Made by a program: the position numbers and the translations under genes. Of a stretch of 64,000 nt of DNA, positions 62,497 through 64,000 are shown piece after piece (the first letter of the stretch is position 1; each line of letters opens with the position of its first letter). Source of the stretch: an uncultured Gemmatimonadales bacterium (lineage in GTDB: Bacteria > Gemmatimonadota > Gemmatimonadetes > Gemmatimonadales > GWC2-71-9); assembly GCA_963821525.1 (NCBI GenBank), contig CAWGED010000003.1, positions 90,522 through 154,521 of the forward strand, written 5' to 3'. The notes beneath the pieces are model-generated. The model worked only from the letters and a program-made list of their open reading frames with translations, was not told the origin of the DNA and did not search any database.

Positions 62497-63045
62497 ATGC
62501 CCGTTCCGGCCAGCCCCACGCCGCCTGATGACGCCGACCTCGTCCGCGCTTACCAGGGCGGCAGCGAGGCCGCGGCAACCGAGTTGGTACGCCGGCACGG
62601 GGCGCCGGTTGCCCGGTTTCTGGTGGGCCTGGGCGCCGATTACGCCGATATAGATGACCTGGTGCAGGAGACGTTCTTTCGAGCCTTTCGCCGGATCGCA
62701 GGCTGGCGGGGGGACGCCGGATTTCGAAGCTGGATCTTTACCATCGCGAGCAACTTGCTCAAAGACGAACACAGGCGCCGCAAGGCCCGGCGTTCGGTTC
62801 CGCTGGAGGACCATGATCTCCCCTCCCGGGACAATCCCGAATCGGCCTTCGCTCTGCGGGAGACGGAACGCCGGCTCGTGGCCGCGCTGCAGACCCTCCC
62901 CCGGCTGCAACGGGAGGTGTTCCTGCTTCGGGCCCAGCAGGGCATCGAGTACCCGGAGATCGCCACGACGTTGGGAACCACCGCGGGAGCCGCGCGGGTC
63001 CACTTTCACCATGCGGTGAAACGGCTCAAGGAGATGATCGCATGA
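62497..63045 (+). CDS. ECF RNA polymerase sigma factor
   Basis: DADLVRAY, DDLVQETFFRAF, FRSWIFTIASN, LPRLQREVFLL, YPEIATTLG. Confidence 0.92.
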   Translation: MPVPASPTPPDDADLVRAYQGGSEAAATELVRRHGAPVARFLVGLGADYADIDDLVQETFFRAFRRIAGWRGDAGFRSWIFTIASNLLKDEHRRRKARRSVPLEDHDLPSRDNPESAFALRETERRLVAALQTLPRLQREVFLLRAQQGIEYPEIATTLGTTAGAARVHFHHAVKRLKEMIA

Positions 63046-63542
63046 CCTCCTGCGAGGAAATGCTGGAACGGATGCCGGCCGTCGCCCTGGGCGAGGCGCA
63101 ATGGACCGATGAAGAGGCGTCGCATCTGGCGGGCTGTGCCAGTTGCCAGGCCGAATGGTCGTTGATCAGGAATGCTGTGGCAGTTGGGAGTCAGGCTCCG
63201 GCGCTGGATCTGGAGAAGACAGGCGCCGCGGTCCTTGCGCGTCTTCGTGCCGAGGGGCGAGAGAGGCGGTTGCGCCGAGCCGGGCTGCTGACCGGGCTCG
63301 CGGCGGCGGCGGCGGTGGCGCTGGTTGTGTGGAGCAGGGTACCGCACCATACCCAGCGGACTGTTCCTGAGGCCTTCCGCATCCCGGTCGCGGAACTCGA
63401 CTCGCTGGACAATGGAGAACTCGAATCGGTGCTACAGGATCTCGATGCCCCGCTCGGCGCGGGCACACTCAATAGCACTCCGGGTCTGGGAGACCTCGAC
63501 GACGTTCAACTGGAGCGGCTGCTCCGCTCCCTGGAGGGGTGA
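63042..63542 (+). CDS. Zinc-binding membrane anti-sigma factor
   Basis: HLAGCASC (HxxxCxxC) plus one TM helix; coupled to the ECF gene. Confidence 0.8.
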   Translation: MTSCEEMLERMPAVALGEAQWTDEEASHLAGCASCQAEWSLIRNAVAVGSQAPALDLEKTGAAVLARLRAEGRERRLRRAGLLTGLAAAAAVALVVWSRVPHHTQRTVPEAFRIPVAELDSLDNGELESVLQDLDAPLGAGTLNSTPGLGDLDDVQLERLLRSLEG

Positions 63543-64000
63543 TGCGGAACTTCTGGTTGGTCCCGCTGGTGTTTGGGCTCGTCTCACCGCTTGCCGCCCA
63601 GGAGCTGAACGACGACCCGAGGGCGAGCGACCTGCGGCGGCAGATCGAGGAACGCTTCACCGCCCGCGTGAAGGAAGAGCTGGCGCTCACCGACCAGCAG
63701 ACCACCCGCATGAAGTCCACGGTGCGGGACTGGTTCCTCAAGCGGCGGGACATGGAGGACGAGAACCGCCGACTCCGCGATGCAATGGCCGGCCAGCTGC
63801 GGCCCGGTGTCGCCGCCAATAAGGACAGCGTGGCGAAGCTTACCGATGCCATGCTGGACCTCAAGGTGCGCTACGCCGAGAGCTTCAAGGATGAGATCAA
63901 GGAGATGTCGGGCTACCTGGATCCACTGCAACGGGCCCAGTTCATGGTCCTGCGGGAACGCCTGATCGAGCGGGTACGTGAGGTGAGGGAGCAGCGGGAC
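63542..64000 (+). CDS. Spy/CpxP-like periplasmic helical protein (truncated by the window edge)
   Basis: ATG overlaps the upstream TGA; signal peptide, ELALTDQQ and LDPLQRAQF motifs; frame open to the end. Confidence 0.65.
   Translation, partial: MRNFWLVPLVFGLVSPLAAQELNDDPRASDLRRQIEERFTARVKEELALTDQQTTRMKSTVRDWFLKRRDMEDENRRLRDAMAGQLRPGVAANKDSVAKLTDAMLDLKVRYAESFKDEIKEMSGYLDPLQRAQFMVLRERLIERVREVREQRD

Overview
High-GC bacterial chromosomal segment. The gene content suggests Gemmatimonadota (inference). Many genes, including housekeeping ones such as rne/rng, are split by single-base indels, which I read as sequencing/assembly errors. Layout: (1) 1-5622: 7TM-HD phosphodiesterase, ybeY, two CNNM/CorC proteins, mgtE. 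(2) 5.6-12 kb: ABM protein, ChaA-like antiporter, an epoxide hydrolase flanked by a repeated terminator+heptamer unit, and a TonB receptor. (3) 12-25 kb: DedA, MeaB, a B12 acyl-CoA mutase with isobutyryl-CoA-mutase residues, an aeRF1-like protein, HAD, B12-binding subunit, carboxyltransferase, TPP-II-like S8 lipoprotein, AtuA pair, enoyl-CoA hydratase. (4) 25-37 kb: RecQ, GNAT, ECF-sigma/Ser-Thr kinase pair, PQQ dehydrogenase, acyl-CoA dehydrogenase, a leaderless Trp-rich RGPP uORF before rne/rng, rplU-rpmA. (5) ~37-46.4 kb: a decaying integrase-less integron cassette array starting exactly at a host stop codon. (6) 46.4-62.4 kb: a minus-strand run headed by a TetR with a PaaR-like operator, encoding a compact Box/Paa hybrid aromatic-CoA pathway, then M16 peptidases and amidohydrolases. 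(7) An ECF/anti-sigma/Spy-like trio. About a dozen intergenic spacers carry tandem 7-8-mer arrays of different sequence but shared polarity. The best candidates for undescribed biology are the mini-Box operon, the heptamer elements, the RGPP leader, the cassette array and the aeRF1-like gene in the mutase operon. No rRNA, tRNA or CRISPR was seen.
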